A stretch of DNA of 63,346 bases from Candidatus Micrarchaeota archaeon (GTDB lineage: Archaea > Micrarchaeota > Micrarchaeia > Anstonellales > Bilamarchaeaceae), in assembly GCA_037447235.1 (NCBI GenBank), contig JBBIHC010000004.1, forward strand, positions 22,089-85,434, written 5' to 3'. Below, piece by piece: positions 28,385 through 37,906 of this stretch. Made by a program: the position numbers and the translations under genes. Under the pieces are notes generated by a model that was given only the letters and a program-made list of their open reading frames with translations, made no database searches and was not told where the DNA came from. Each line of letters begins with the position of its first letter. The first letter of the stretch is position 1.

Positions 28385-29458
28385 ATGCCAAAAACCGGCT
28401 TGCTTGACCTTCCTTTGCATCCGGGCAGGTGCCCGCCCTGGCTGTTCTCAAGAATGAAGCGCCTCGCCGCCGAACTGACTGCGGCGATAGTTGAGGAATA
28501 CGGAACGCGCGAGTTGCTTTTCCGCCTGTCCAATCCGATGTTTTTTCAGGCATTGGGGTGCGTTCTTGGATTTGACTGGCATTCCAGCGGCTTGACCACG
28601 ACCGCGAGCGCCGCACTGAAAGAGGGCGTAAGCCCGGATTTGGGGCTGGCTTTTTGCGGAGGCAAGGGAAAAACATCATTGAAAACGCCCGCGGAAATAG
28701 AGCTGCAGTCCGAAAAACTCGGAATCTCATCTGCGACAACCGCAAAGTTGTTAAAGGCGGCGCGGTTGAGCGCGAAGGTTGACAGCGCCTGCATCCAGGA
28801 CGGCTATGCGCTTTACCACCATCTTTTTGTTTTTGACGAAAACGGCTGCTGGGCGGTTGTGCAGCAGGGTCTGAATGCCGAGTCCGGCTATGCCAGGAGG
28901 TACCATTGGTTTGATTCCGCTGCTTTTGTCGATTCGCCGAACAGCGCCATCGCTGGATATAAGCATGAGCGCGTGCTTAACCTCACAAGCGAAAAATCCG
29001 GGGAAGTGCGAAAAATCAGCGTTGACCTTGTGAAGGACAATCCGGTGCACATAATGAATGAGTTGCAGGGCCAGCAAACCCTTTTTGGCAGCAGAAAAAT
29101 GCCTGCCAGGCACCACATAACCGTAAGCGACCTGACAAAAAAGGACCGGGAAACCCTGCGCGCTGCATACGAGTTGCAGCCTGCGGACTACGAGGAGCTT
29201 GTATCGCTTAAAGGCGCGGGTGCCAAAACCCTGCGGGCGCTGGCATTGCTCGCGAAGATATTGTACGGAACAGAGGCGGATTGGGAGGACCCTGTGAAAT
29301 ATTCCTACGCGCACGGCGGCAAGGACGGGATTCCATACCCGGTTGACAGAAAAAACTATGACAACTCGATAGAGTTCCTGCGCCGGCTGCTGGAAGAAAA
29401 AAAGATAGGGGATGAAAAAACAAAGAGGCTGCTGAAAGCGCTTGCAGCCAGAACTTAG
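28385..29458 (+). CDS. DUF763 domain protein
   Basis: 357 aa. N-terminus TGLLDLPLHPGRCPPWLFSRMKRLA resembles the conserved DUF763 start, recalled from memory only. Confidence 0.75.
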   Translation: MPKTGLLDLPLHPGRCPPWLFSRMKRLAAELTAAIVEEYGTRELLFRLSNPMFFQALGCVLGFDWHSSGLTTTASAALKEGVSPDLGLAFCGGKGKTSLKTPAEIELQSEKLGISSATTAKLLKAARLSAKVDSACIQDGYALYHHLFVFDENGCWAVVQQGLNAESGYARRYHWFDSAAFVDSPNSAIAGYKHERVLNLTSEKSGEVRKISVDLVKDNPVHIMNELQGQQTLFGSRKMPARHHITVSDLTKKDRETLRAAYELQPADYEELVSLKGAGAKTLRALALLAKILYGTEADWEDPVKYSYAHGGKDGIPYPVDRKNYDNSIEFLRRLLEEKKIGDEKTKRLLKALAART

Positions 29459-29475
29459 CAAGAATTTAAACAAGG

Positions 29476-30543
29476 CTACCGGGTAATCTCAACTTCTTTA
29501 TAGACATCAAGAAGCTCTTTTTTGTTTTCAAAATGCTTCCTGACAGGCTCTATGATCTTATCTATGTGCTCAGCAACGCAGTTTTTCAGGTCCATCGGAT
29601 GGAGTTTTTTTGCGGCATATGTCTTTTCAAGCTCGCCATATGATGAAAAAGTAATGTCGCCGCCGAATTTTGATTCCCTGTAGACCGTTACTTCGGTAAA
29701 CTCGTGAAAAACGATGTATTTCGCAAGCTCCAGCACCGGGTTGCCCTCAACCTCTTGCGGGCAATACGCTTTCTTAAGTTTTTCCTGGATTTCTTCTTTC
29801 GTGTCGTGGACGAATATTGCGGTCCACGGCTTGCTCTTGCTCATTTTGGCCGCTAGCGTTTTTTCCTCTTTTGTCGCTTCCCCGGCTATTTTTGGCGGTT
29901 CTGCCAGGCCCGGCAAAAGATGGTGGTGAAGAGCAACCGGCTTCTCCCAGCCAAGCGCAGGATAAACCTCCCTTGCCAGGACATGTATCTTTCTCTGGTC
30001 CATGCCGCCATGGGCGAGGTGGGCGCCTATCGCGCGTATGTCAACCGCCTGCATGGGCGGATAAAAATACTGCGCGAGGTCCAGCTTCTCGTTTTCGCTT
30101 CTCCCCATTATTGTCAGGCAGCGTGCTGCGCGCGCAAGCGATATCTTAAGCGAGAATCTCATGACGTCCTTCCAATAATCCTCGTTTTTATGGTAAAGTT
30201 CGCTTCCAAAGACAATCTCGGTATTCGGGCAAAAAAATCTGAACGCTTCTCTGTAATACTTTCCTGCGGTCAGTATTTTTTCCCAGTCTCCGCCGAGTTT
30301 TTTGTTTAAGATGCTGTGCCAGTCGGCCAAAAACACCTTTGTCTTGAAGCCGGCCTTTGCAAGGTCGTTTATCTTGAAACCGCTTAGAATCAGGGTTCCG
30401 AGATGAAGATGGCCGGAGATTTCAAAGCCCTGATAGTGGCAAGGCGACCTTTCGCTCTCAAGAAGCTGCCTGAGGTCGGCTACGGTGATGGTTTCCTCGG
30501 CCGGAGGTTTTGTTATAAGCCCTATTCTTTCTTCAGCATCCAT
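29476..30543 (-). CDS. tyrS: tyrosine--tRNA ligase (archaeal type)
   Basis: 355 aa. HIGH-like GHLHLGT and KMSKS. Confidence 0.95.
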   Translation of the reverse strand: MDAEERIGLITKPPAEETITVADLRQLLESERSPCHYQGFEISGHLHLGTLILSGFKINDLAKAGFKTKVFLADWHSILNKKLGGDWEKILTAGKYYREAFRFFCPNTEIVFGSELYHKNEDYWKDVMRFSLKISLARAARCLTIMGRSENEKLDLAQYFYPPMQAVDIRAIGAHLAHGGMDQRKIHVLAREVYPALGWEKPVALHHHLLPGLAEPPKIAGEATKEEKTLAAKMSKSKPWTAIFVHDTKEEIQEKLKKAYCPQEVEGNPVLELAKYIVFHEFTEVTVYRESKFGGDITFSSYGELEKTYAAKKLHPMDLKNCVAEHIDKIIEPVRKHFENKKELLDVYKEVEITR

Positions 30544-30595
30544 GCGCTAATATCTGATGATTGTTTTTTAAAGCCTATGCGGAAAGAGAACTAGT

Positions 30596-31309
30596 ATGCT
30601 CGTGCTTGTTGGAACGGGAGTAAGCAACGACATGACCCTGAAAGGAATTGAAGAGCTTAAAAAATGCGATAGGATATACGCCGAAGTTTATACGGACCCC
30701 ATGCTGAAAGAATTCCTCCCGGAGCTGGAGAAAAAAACCGGGAAAAAAATAACCGAACTTGAGCGGGAAAAGGTTGAAAGCAGTTTTTTGATTATGGAGG
30801 CTTTGGAAAAGCGGGTGGCGCTGGTTTCAGGCGGCGACCCGCTGACAGCAACAACACATGTGGTTTTTGTGAATGAATGCAGGAAAAGGAACATTCCGTT
30901 TATGGTAATCCACAATTCATCTATATACTCCGTTGCCCCTGCCCGTGCCGGATTGCAGATTTACCGTTTCGGCAAAACAGTCACGCTTGTCAATCCAAGG
31001 GAAAACTATAAGCCGGCATCCCCGCTTGCCGGAATCAGGGACAACCTGGGGCGCAATCTGCATACGCTGGTTCTTCTTGACACGGAACCCGCCCCCATGA
31101 AAATCAATGCGGCGTTAAAGATGCTCTCCGAATTCAAGGACGCAGTGGTTGTATCAATGGCGGGAACGCCCCTGGAGAAAATATCTTACGGGAGCATAAC
31201 AAGCCTGATGGCGGCATCAGACGGGCTGGGAGAACCGCCCTTTACCATCATCATTCCGGCAAAACTCCATCCGGTAGAGGAAGAGTACCTCGCCTGGTTT
31301 AAAATTTAG
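30596..31309 (+). CDS. dph5: diphthine synthase
   Basis: 237 aa. MLVLVGTGV..LKGIEELKKCDRIYAEVYT and SGGDPLTATTH tetrapyrrole-methylase-like motifs. Confidence 0.93.
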   Translation: MLVLVGTGVSNDMTLKGIEELKKCDRIYAEVYTDPMLKEFLPELEKKTGKKITELEREKVESSFLIMEALEKRVALVSGGDPLTATTHVVFVNECRKRNIPFMVIHNSSIYSVAPARAGLQIYRFGKTVTLVNPRENYKPASPLAGIRDNLGRNLHTLVLLDTEPAPMKINAALKMLSEFKDAVVVSMAGTPLEKISYGSITSLMAASDGLGEPPFTIIIPAKLHPVEEEYLAWFKI

Positions 31310-31365
31310 ATGCCTTTTGGCAGGCGCCAATTAATTATAAAAGTTATGCGTCGCAATATTCCAGC

Positions 31366-32121
31366 ATGCAGAAGACCGAAAGTTATTCAACAATAGAGGA
31401 CATATACGACCTGTTTTATTTCGAAGAACCGGACGTGCGCTATTATTTACAAGAGGCCAAAAAAGCGGCTGGCAAGGTGCTGGAAATAGGGTGCGGTACC
31501 GGCAGGGTAATGCTGAAGTTGCTCAGGAACAACATAGATGTGGAAGGCCTGGACGTTTCAAGAAAGATGATAGAGATACTGAAAAACAAGGCGAGGATAC
31601 AGAATTTAAAACCGAAAACGTACGTGGCGGACATGCGAAACTTTTCCCTGAAAAGCAGGTACTCGCTGATACTGGCGCCGTATCGCACCTTTATGTACCT
31701 TTCATCGGAAAAAGAACGGCTCAATACACTAAGAAGAATTTACAGGCATTTAACCAAAAATGGCAAGACAATAATACACACATATAACCCTTCGGCCCTG
31801 GAAATCAAGAGCGTTGGCGCTTTTCAGCCGTTCGATGTGAGCTTTTTCAGGCTAAACGGAAAAGAGATAACCGCCTTGTGGTATGTCAAATACTCACCAA
31901 TTAAAAAAGAGCTCACCTATAGAATTTCTCTCGCCGGGGCAAGGGGCAAACCCCGCCATTTTGACACGCGCATTTACCCCGCTTCTTACGATGAGATGAA
32001 GAAATTGCTCCGGAAAGCAGGATTCAAGAACATAAAGACCTATTCTGATTTTGGCGGCACGCCCTTTAATCCCGCATACAAAAGGATACAGGGCGACTTG
32101 ATCTGGGTGGCTGAAAAATGA
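31366..32121 (+). CDS. class I SAM-dependent methyltransferase
   Basis: 251 aa. Motif I VLEIGCGTGR. Confidence 0.85.
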   Translation: MQKTESYSTIEDIYDLFYFEEPDVRYYLQEAKKAAGKVLEIGCGTGRVMLKLLRNNIDVEGLDVSRKMIEILKNKARIQNLKPKTYVADMRNFSLKSRYSLILAPYRTFMYLSSEKERLNTLRRIYRHLTKNGKTIIHTYNPSALEIKSVGAFQPFDVSFFRLNGKEITALWYVKYSPIKKELTYRISLAGARGKPRHFDTRIYPASYDEMKKLLRKAGFKNIKTYSDFGGTPFNPAYKRIQGDLIWVAEK

Positions 32122-32648
32122 CTGTTTTGCAAAAGTTTTTTTCCCTTTTTTTCCCTGTTGAACCAGAATTCAAGAGCACCGAGTTTGAGTTGTTTGAAGA
32201 TTCGCTTGGGAATTTTCAGGTTTTTTATCCAAAACACTGGGAATACGAAAAAGAGACTGCCGTGATTGATGGCACTTATGCAATAATATTCCACTCATCC
32301 ACCTCGCCTTCGAACATGCGGATAGAAGTCAATATGAGAATACCAAAGAAATTTGGAAAAAAAAACTTTCAGAAGTGCATAAGGGACGAGATAGAAAAGC
32401 CCACCGCGGCAGTGGTATCCAAGGCGCGCAACCTCAGGGTGAATGGGAGGGACTGCGTGGAAACGGAATATTCTTTTAGCGACGGCAACAGGAAAATGCA
32501 CGGCAAAAAACTCTTTGTTTTTGCAAATGACAGGATAATAAATGTCTTTTTCATCTGCCCCGAAAGCGATTATGCCAAACTAAAAAAAACATTCGCCTAC
32601 ATAATCGATTCGCTTGTCATAAAGCCAAAGAAGATGATGTTTTTATGA
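32118..32648 (+). CDS. hypothetical protein
   Basis: 176 aa. 4-nt overlaps with both neighbours. No family recognised. Confidence 0.6.
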   Translation: MTVLQKFFSLFFPVEPEFKSTEFELFEDSLGNFQVFYPKHWEYEKETAVIDGTYAIIFHSSTSPSNMRIEVNMRIPKKFGKKNFQKCIRDEIEKPTAAVVSKARNLRVNGRDCVETEYSFSDGNRKMHGKKLFVFANDRIINVFFICPESDYAKLKKTFAYIIDSLVIKPKKMMFL

Positions 32649-32812
32649 GCAGAAAAAAGCAGGTGTTTGAGGTATGCGCCATGTGCGGGACGGTCGCGGA
32701 AGGCAGCTCGATCAAAAAAGAGTTCAAATGCCGAAAATGCGGCTGCAATGTGGCAATCGTTCTTAGTCGTGCCGTCTTCGCCGAGCTTGCAAAAAAAACC
32801 GGAAGAAGGTGA
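32645..32812 (+). CDS. small zinc-ribbon protein
   Basis: Hand-translated 55 aa: MSRKKQVFEVCAMCGTVAEGSSIKKEFKCRKCGCNVAIVLSRAVFAELAKKTGRR. CxxC..CxxC pairs. ATGA overlap upstream and 1-nt gap to gltX. Confidence 0.55.
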   Translation: MSRKKQVFEVCAMCGTVAEGSSIKKEFKCRKCGCNVAIVLSRAVFAELAKKTGRR

Positions 32813-32813
32813 G

Positions 32814-34508
32814 ATGATGGTTCCAAATCTTGATGAAATAATACGCAAACATGCGCTCAGAAACGCTTTTGACTACGGCAAAGCCAGCCCGGGGAGCGTT
32901 GCGGGAAAAACCATTGCCGAATTGCCGGAGGCAAAAAAGGACATGAAGAACACGATGAAAAAGGTCAAGGAGATAATAAACGAAATAAACTCAATGACTA
33001 AAGAGGGGATTGAACGGGAGATGGGAAAGTACGATTACGGGGCAAGGGAGGAGCAAAGGAAGGATATTGAAATTGAGGGCGCAGAAATGGGCAAAGTCAT
33101 AACACGATACCCGCCTGAGCCAAACGGCTGGCCCCACATAGGACATGCCAAGGCCTTTTGCCTCTCATGGAAAATCGCCAGGAAGTATAAGGGCAAAATC
33201 ATATTGAGATGGGACGACACGAACCCTGAAGCCGAAAAGGCGGAATATGTTGAAGCGATAAGGGAAGGCATACGGTGGCTTGGGCTTGACTGGGACGAAG
33301 AGGAATACTGCAGCGATTACATCCCAAAGATGTATTCGCTCTGCGAACAGCTCATCCGCCAAAAGGATGCTTATTTTTGCACGTGCACGCAGGAGCAGAT
33401 ATCGGAAGCCAGGCAAAACGCAAAAAGATGCGAATGCGGCTCGCGTTCGGTTGATGAAAATATGGCTGGCTGGAAAGGGATGCTTGACGGCAAGATAAAT
33501 GAGGGCGAAGCCACAATCAGGCTGAAGGGCGATATGGCTTCGCTTAACACCGTCATGAGGGATCCCACGCTATTCAGGATAATCACTGCCCCGCACTTCA
33601 GACAGGGAAAAAAATATCGCGTATGGCCGACTTATGATTTCCAGGGCCCGGTTATGGATTCCCTTCTCGGCATAACGCATCCAATACGCTCAAAGGAATA
33701 TGAACTCAGGGACGAACTTTATGCGTACTTGTTAAAGAGGTTGAATATTTATGTCCCGAAAATAATATCCATCGCCCGTTTGTCAATAAAAAACGCTCCG
33801 GTAAGCAAGAGACTGCTCCGGCCGCTGGTCGAAAGCGGAAAGCTTTGGGGATGGGATGATCCGCGATTGCCGACACTTGCCGGCTTGAGGAGACGCGGCA
33901 TACTCCCTGATGCAATAAAAAAATATGTACTTGCTGGCGGCATATCCAAAAGCGAGAGTGAGGGCGGATGGGAGATCCTGCTCGCCGAAAACAGAAAGCT
34001 GCTTGACCCAATATCAAGGCACTATTTCTTCGTGGCAGAGCCGGTTTTGATCATGGTTGACGGGCTCGGCAAAAGCGTTGAATTAAGGCACCACCCAAAA
34101 GAGAGCCTTGGCAGCAGGAAGATAACGCTTTGCGAAAGGGCATATGTCTCAAAAGATGATGCCGCGAAGTTCGCAGTCGGCGAAAGACTCAGGCTGAAGG
34201 ACCTCGCGAACATAGAAATCCTGTCGCTTGAGCCGCTTCGCGCAAAAGTTGTCGGCGGGGAGCTTCCGCAGAAAAAAATACAGTGGGTAAGCGATATGGC
34301 AAAAGCAAAATGCGAAGTCGCTGTTCTTTCAGATTTGCTTGATGACGGCGGGGAGTTCAACAAGAGCAGCCTTCGGCTTGTTGCAGGGTATTGCGAAAGC
34401 GGCTGTCTTTTGCTCAATGAAGGCGACACGATACAGTTTGAACGGTTCGGTTTCTGCAGGCTTGATAAAAAACGCGCGGACAACCTGTCATTCATATTGA
34501 GTTGTTGA
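32814..34508 (+). CDS. gltX: glutamate--tRNA ligase (archaeal GluRS)
   Basis: HIGH region PEPNGWPHIGHAKA. Start chosen at MMVPNLDEIIRKHAL. The ORF prefix from 32667 overlaps the zinc-ribbon gene. Confidence 0.93.
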   Translation: MMVPNLDEIIRKHALRNAFDYGKASPGSVAGKTIAELPEAKKDMKNTMKKVKEIINEINSMTKEGIEREMGKYDYGAREEQRKDIEIEGAEMGKVITRYPPEPNGWPHIGHAKAFCLSWKIARKYKGKIILRWDDTNPEAEKAEYVEAIREGIRWLGLDWDEEEYCSDYIPKMYSLCEQLIRQKDAYFCTCTQEQISEARQNAKRCECGSRSVDENMAGWKGMLDGKINEGEATIRLKGDMASLNTVMRDPTLFRIITAPHFRQGKKYRVWPTYDFQGPVMDSLLGITHPIRSKEYELRDELYAYLLKRLNIYVPKIISIARLSIKNAPVSKRLLRPLVESGKLWGWDDPRLPTLAGLRRRGILPDAIKKYVLAGGISKSESEGGWEILLAENRKLLDPISRHYFFVAEPVLIMVDGLGKSVELRHHPKESLGSRKITLCERAYVSKDDAAKFAVGERLRLKDLANIEILSLEPLRAKVVGGELPQKKIQWVSDMAKAKCEVAVLSDLLDDGGEFNKSSLRLVAGYCESGCLLLNEGDTIQFERFGFCRLDKKRADNLSFILSC

Positions 34509-35557
34509 TGGTTTTTATGCTCTATGCAAGGACCGAAAAGCGCAAGGCAGACGATGCGATAAAAAAACTGGCCGGTATTGGCGCATACGCAAAAGGCTAT
34601 CGCTCTTTTTCAGACGGCGATTTTGTTTTCATTCCAGTGACACACAAGCCAAGGGGAAAGTGGGACATAATAGAGATGAACGAGGAAAAAAAAGCAAAAC
34701 CCAAAAACCTCAGGGAAGCGCTGGCCGAAAAGCTTGGGGAAAAGGCTGCTGCCGATGCGGTTTCGTCATTTGATATCATCGGCGATTTGGCGGTAATTGA
34801 GATTCCAGCGGAGTTAAAAAAGCATGAGCGCAAGATTGCAGAGAGCATTATGGAGATTCACAAAAATGTGAAAACCGTTGCCAAAAAAGCCGGCTCGGTA
34901 TGCGGCAGATACCGCGTTCGTCCGCTTAAGGTGATAGCCGGCGAAAAAAGAACGGCAACCGAATACAGGGAGCACGGCTGCAGGATGCGTCTTGATGCCG
35001 CCAAGGTTTATTTTTCCGTCAGGCTGAGCCACGAGAGAAAACGGATCGCAGAACTGGTCGCTCCAAAAGAAAACATACTCGCTCTTTTTGCCGGTGTTGG
35101 CCCGTTTCCTCTTGTAATAGCAAAAAAGCACCCGGATGCGCGCATTGTTGCTGTTGAGTTGAACCCGGAAGCAGTAAAGTTTATGAATGAAAACATAAAG
35201 TTGAACAAGATAAAAAACATCACGGTCGAAAAGGGCGACGCGCGGAAAATAGTGATGAAAAAATACAGGCGCTTCGCGGACCGGATATTGATGCCGCTGC
35301 CAAGAAGCGCCGACAGATTTTTGGATGCTGCTTTCGCCGGGGCAAAAGACGGCTGCACCGTCCACATCTATTCATTCGGCACGGTTGAAGACCCCTACAG
35401 CGATATAGAGAAAAAAATCGCCGCGGAAGCAAGGAAAGCTGGCGCTGCCGTTAAGATAGCAAACAGGAGAATCGTAAGGCCGTTCGCGCCCGGCGTGGTA
35501 CAGGTCGTTGTTGATTTCAGGGTTCGGGAACAAAAGCCGAAAAAACAGGTACGCTAA
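34502..35557 (+). CDS. trm5: tRNA (guanine37-N1)-methyltransferase Trm5/Taw22 (Met-10+ like)
   Basis: 351 aa. FDIIGDLAVIE and LFAGVGPFPLVIAK SAM motif. Confidence 0.85.
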   Translation: MLMVFMLYARTEKRKADDAIKKLAGIGAYAKGYRSFSDGDFVFIPVTHKPRGKWDIIEMNEEKKAKPKNLREALAEKLGEKAAADAVSSFDIIGDLAVIEIPAELKKHERKIAESIMEIHKNVKTVAKKAGSVCGRYRVRPLKVIAGEKRTATEYREHGCRMRLDAAKVYFSVRLSHERKRIAELVAPKENILALFAGVGPFPLVIAKKHPDARIVAVELNPEAVKFMNENIKLNKIKNITVEKGDARKIVMKKYRRFADRILMPLPRSADRFLDAAFAGAKDGCTVHIYSFGTVEDPYSDIEKKIAAEARKAGAAVKIANRRIVRPFAPGVVQVVVDFRVREQKPKKQVR

Positions 35558-35558
35558 A

Positions 35559-36353
35559 CTACTCCAGCAGCTGGCAGATTTCGGTAAATATAAGCACTGC
35601 TTCCTTGAAAAAGTTATCGTCTGGGTTGTATATTCTTGCCACATCCGGCATCATGGTGCTCTTCACGTCTTTTATTATCCTTGGCTTGTTCTCCGCTGAT
35701 GTAATGTAGGATATGATGCTGAGGGCGTTTTCCTTTTTCCATCCGAAAAAACCATAGTGCCCGACTTTTTTTATCAATAATTCCCTCATCAAAGGCTGCT
35801 GGAGGACGTTTTTTATAAAAAACAGGTCAAAGAGGTCCGTTCCTTTTATGGTATCTCTCATTGCCATCCGCCCAAGAGAAGCGATTATCTTATCCGTGTA
35901 CAATTCGGCTGCACTTTCCACCAGAAGAGGATTAAATTCGCCTTTTGTTGCCGTTGCGTCAATGGAGATGTCGTTTCCGAGTTCTATGTTGACCACCAGG
36001 CTCCCGCCCTTTTCCCTTATCTTCACTCTCTCAATTGCCCGTATCATCGAGGAGTTGCCTTTGCCATTCTTCTGGTATCTTGTCTCAAAATGCATGGAAA
36101 GGACTGCCATGATCTTTTCAATAATGCCGGTTATGCTGGTTTTCGGGTCCCTTACCGAGAAATCCAAATCCAAGGAGTATCTGGGCGAAGAGTATATGAA
36201 ATGCAGTGCGCCTCCGCCGTGCAAAACGATGTTTTCCGTGAGGCACTTTTCCTTTGCTATTGCATGAAGCGCTTTTCTGCACAAGACTTCTTTTTCCTTT
36301 AGCGCTTTTGGAAGCATGTTTTTTGCTGGAGACATAAATATATTATATAACAT
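35559..36353 (-). CDS. AbiEii/AbiGii-type nucleotidyltransferase (DUF1814), no adjacent AbiEi
   Basis: 264 aa. LHGGGALHFIYSSPRYSLDLDFS matches the family core GG(T)AL..Y...R.S.DLDF. A later GTDLFDLFF motif is also present. Confidence 0.8.
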   Translation of the reverse strand: MLYNIFMSPAKNMLPKALKEKEVLCRKALHAIAKEKCLTENIVLHGGGALHFIYSSPRYSLDLDFSVRDPKTSITGIIEKIMAVLSMHFETRYQKNGKGNSSMIRAIERVKIREKGGSLVVNIELGNDISIDATATKGEFNPLLVESAAELYTDKIIASLGRMAMRDTIKGTDLFDLFFIKNVLQQPLMRELLIKKVGHYGFFGWKKENALSIISYITSAENKPRIIKDVKSTMMPDVARIYNPDDNFFKEAVLIFTEICQLLE

Positions 36354-36395
36354 TACATTTATAAACTCTTTCTATAACTATTTTTGGATGCCCCT

Positions 36396-37862
36396 TCAGC
36401 GCAATTCCGACTTCAGAACTTCCTCTGGAATCGGACCTTCCGGCAATGCGCCGCCGGCAGGCTTGGCGTCAGGCTTTTTTTCTGCCGCAACCCCGGCAGG
36501 AATGTCCCTGACGTGCGTTTCTTCATATGGACCCCATCCGGCCGCAGCCTCCTGCTCCGCCACTGCTTCTGAAGAAATGAAATTATCCGCAATGATGCCA
36601 AAAAGCCAGAATTTTATTTCGTTGAAGAATCCATTGCCCCTGATCCTCACCCTTTTGTCCTTAAATGCCGTTATCGGGCTCAGCGTTCCTTTTTCTATCG
36701 CGTCTAAAGTGAAGCCATCGGTCTCTACTGTCGCTGTAGGGTCGCTGATGGCGCCGCCGCCCACTTCGTACAGCTCCCCTTTATTTATCAGAAGATGATG
36801 GTTGTTTTTTCCAGCCACGATCAAGTTTATCCTTTCATCAGCCAGAAATTCCCGCAGCATCGGAATCCGCGCCAGGCCCTCGTCATAAAAATCCCTTATT
36901 TTTTGCACATTGGCCTGCCTTGTGTGGTCATCCACGACGATGCTTCGTATTTTGCTGCCCACATATTCCGGTTCCTCCACCACCACCTGAGTTACGCAAT
37001 CCCAGCAGCCGGTTTTGTAATTGTAATAGCATTTTGCACCCGGGCCGCATCCAGCCTGGCAGGTTTCCTGGCTGCCATATTCCCCGTTTTCAGGGAAGCA
37101 TACTTTTCCATAACACTGGCAGCAGACGGGACAGCAGTACTGGTCGCCCTGGCAGCCGCCTGCCATCGGGTCGCATTGCTCGTTCTTGTTTGTGTCTATA
37201 ATGCCGTTTCCGCAGCAGCATCTGTCAGGGCAGGCGTTAAGCCCGCATATCTCTTCAACAGCTTCGTTTATGTTGGCCTGCGTCGGGCTGGAATTAGGCC
37301 CGCTTGTATTGCACATAAGGCCGCCGTCGCAGTCCTCCAGGCCCATCATATGGCCCGCCTCATGGGCGAAATCCTTGTAATGCTCCTCCTGCGGATTGGC
37401 GGGATCAACAGGCCTGCTCATTATGTCCGACCACCATCCTTTCTGGCTGTTCCCGCCATTGCCCGTGGCTATGCCGTACATATACCCTATGTAAAATGTC
37501 GCGCCGGTCCAGTTCGTCTGGTTTCTTGGCGGATCGTTGTTGTAGTTGGTAACCGCGATGCAGTGGTACCCTGCCGGCGGATTGTTGATGCAGTCCGCAG
37601 TCTTGATAACCTCAACATTGAAGCCTACCGGGCATTTGCAGTCGCCGTAGCTCTGCCCGTTCGGGCCGTTCCATATGTTCTCAATTTCGCTCTTTGCTCT
37701 ATTGATATAAGTGTCGTCAGTGCCGGAAAATGCTATCTTCATCGTAATCGTTATCCTGCAGTCCTTAACCTCGCAGGTTGTGCTTCCGGAAGAAAAAGAA
37801 GACAATAAAAGAAGCAGCAACACAAAAAAGAACAACCTGCTTTGCATGCTTGTGCTTGTCAA
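36396..37862 (-). CDS. secreted zinc metalloprotease-like protein with Cys-rich (disintegrin-like) module and SCP2-like C-terminus
   Basis: 488 aa. Signal peptide. HEAGHMMGLEDCDGG (HExxHxxGxxD). CGNGIIDTNKNEQCD followed by a dense Cys cluster. The C-terminal TAFKDKRVRIRGNGFFNEIKFWLFG resembles an SCP2 fold, tentatively. Confidence 0.75.
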   Translation of the reverse strand: MTSTSMQSRLFFFVLLLLLLSSFSSGSTTCEVKDCRITITMKIAFSGTDDTYINRAKSEIENIWNGPNGQSYGDCKCPVGFNVEVIKTADCINNPPAGYHCIAVTNYNNDPPRNQTNWTGATFYIGYMYGIATGNGGNSQKGWWSDIMSRPVDPANPQEEHYKDFAHEAGHMMGLEDCDGGLMCNTSGPNSSPTQANINEAVEEICGLNACPDRCCCGNGIIDTNKNEQCDPMAGGCQGDQYCCPVCCQCYGKVCFPENGEYGSQETCQAGCGPGAKCYYNYKTGCWDCVTQVVVEEPEYVGSKIRSIVVDDHTRQANVQKIRDFYDEGLARIPMLREFLADERINLIVAGKNNHHLLINKGELYEVGGGAISDPTATVETDGFTLDAIEKGTLSPITAFKDKRVRIRGNGFFNEIKFWLFGIIADNFISSEAVAEQEAAAGWGPYEETHVRDIPAGVAAEKKPDAKPAGGALPEGPIPEEVLKSELR

Positions 37863-37906
37863 GAAAAGCTTTTATTACTGCGCCTTGGCCCGGCAGGCGC
37901 CCGGGA

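Noticed and set aside
28246-28745. Minus-strand ORFs of 95 and 120 aa around 28.3-28.7 kb.
   Set aside because: One overlaps the tRNA-Cys gene. The other is antisense to the DUF763 N-terminus.
36795-37808. 337-aa plus-strand ORF.
   Set aside because: It is antisense to the secreted metalloprotease-like gene. It is Ala/Val/Arg-rich with no start context or motifs.
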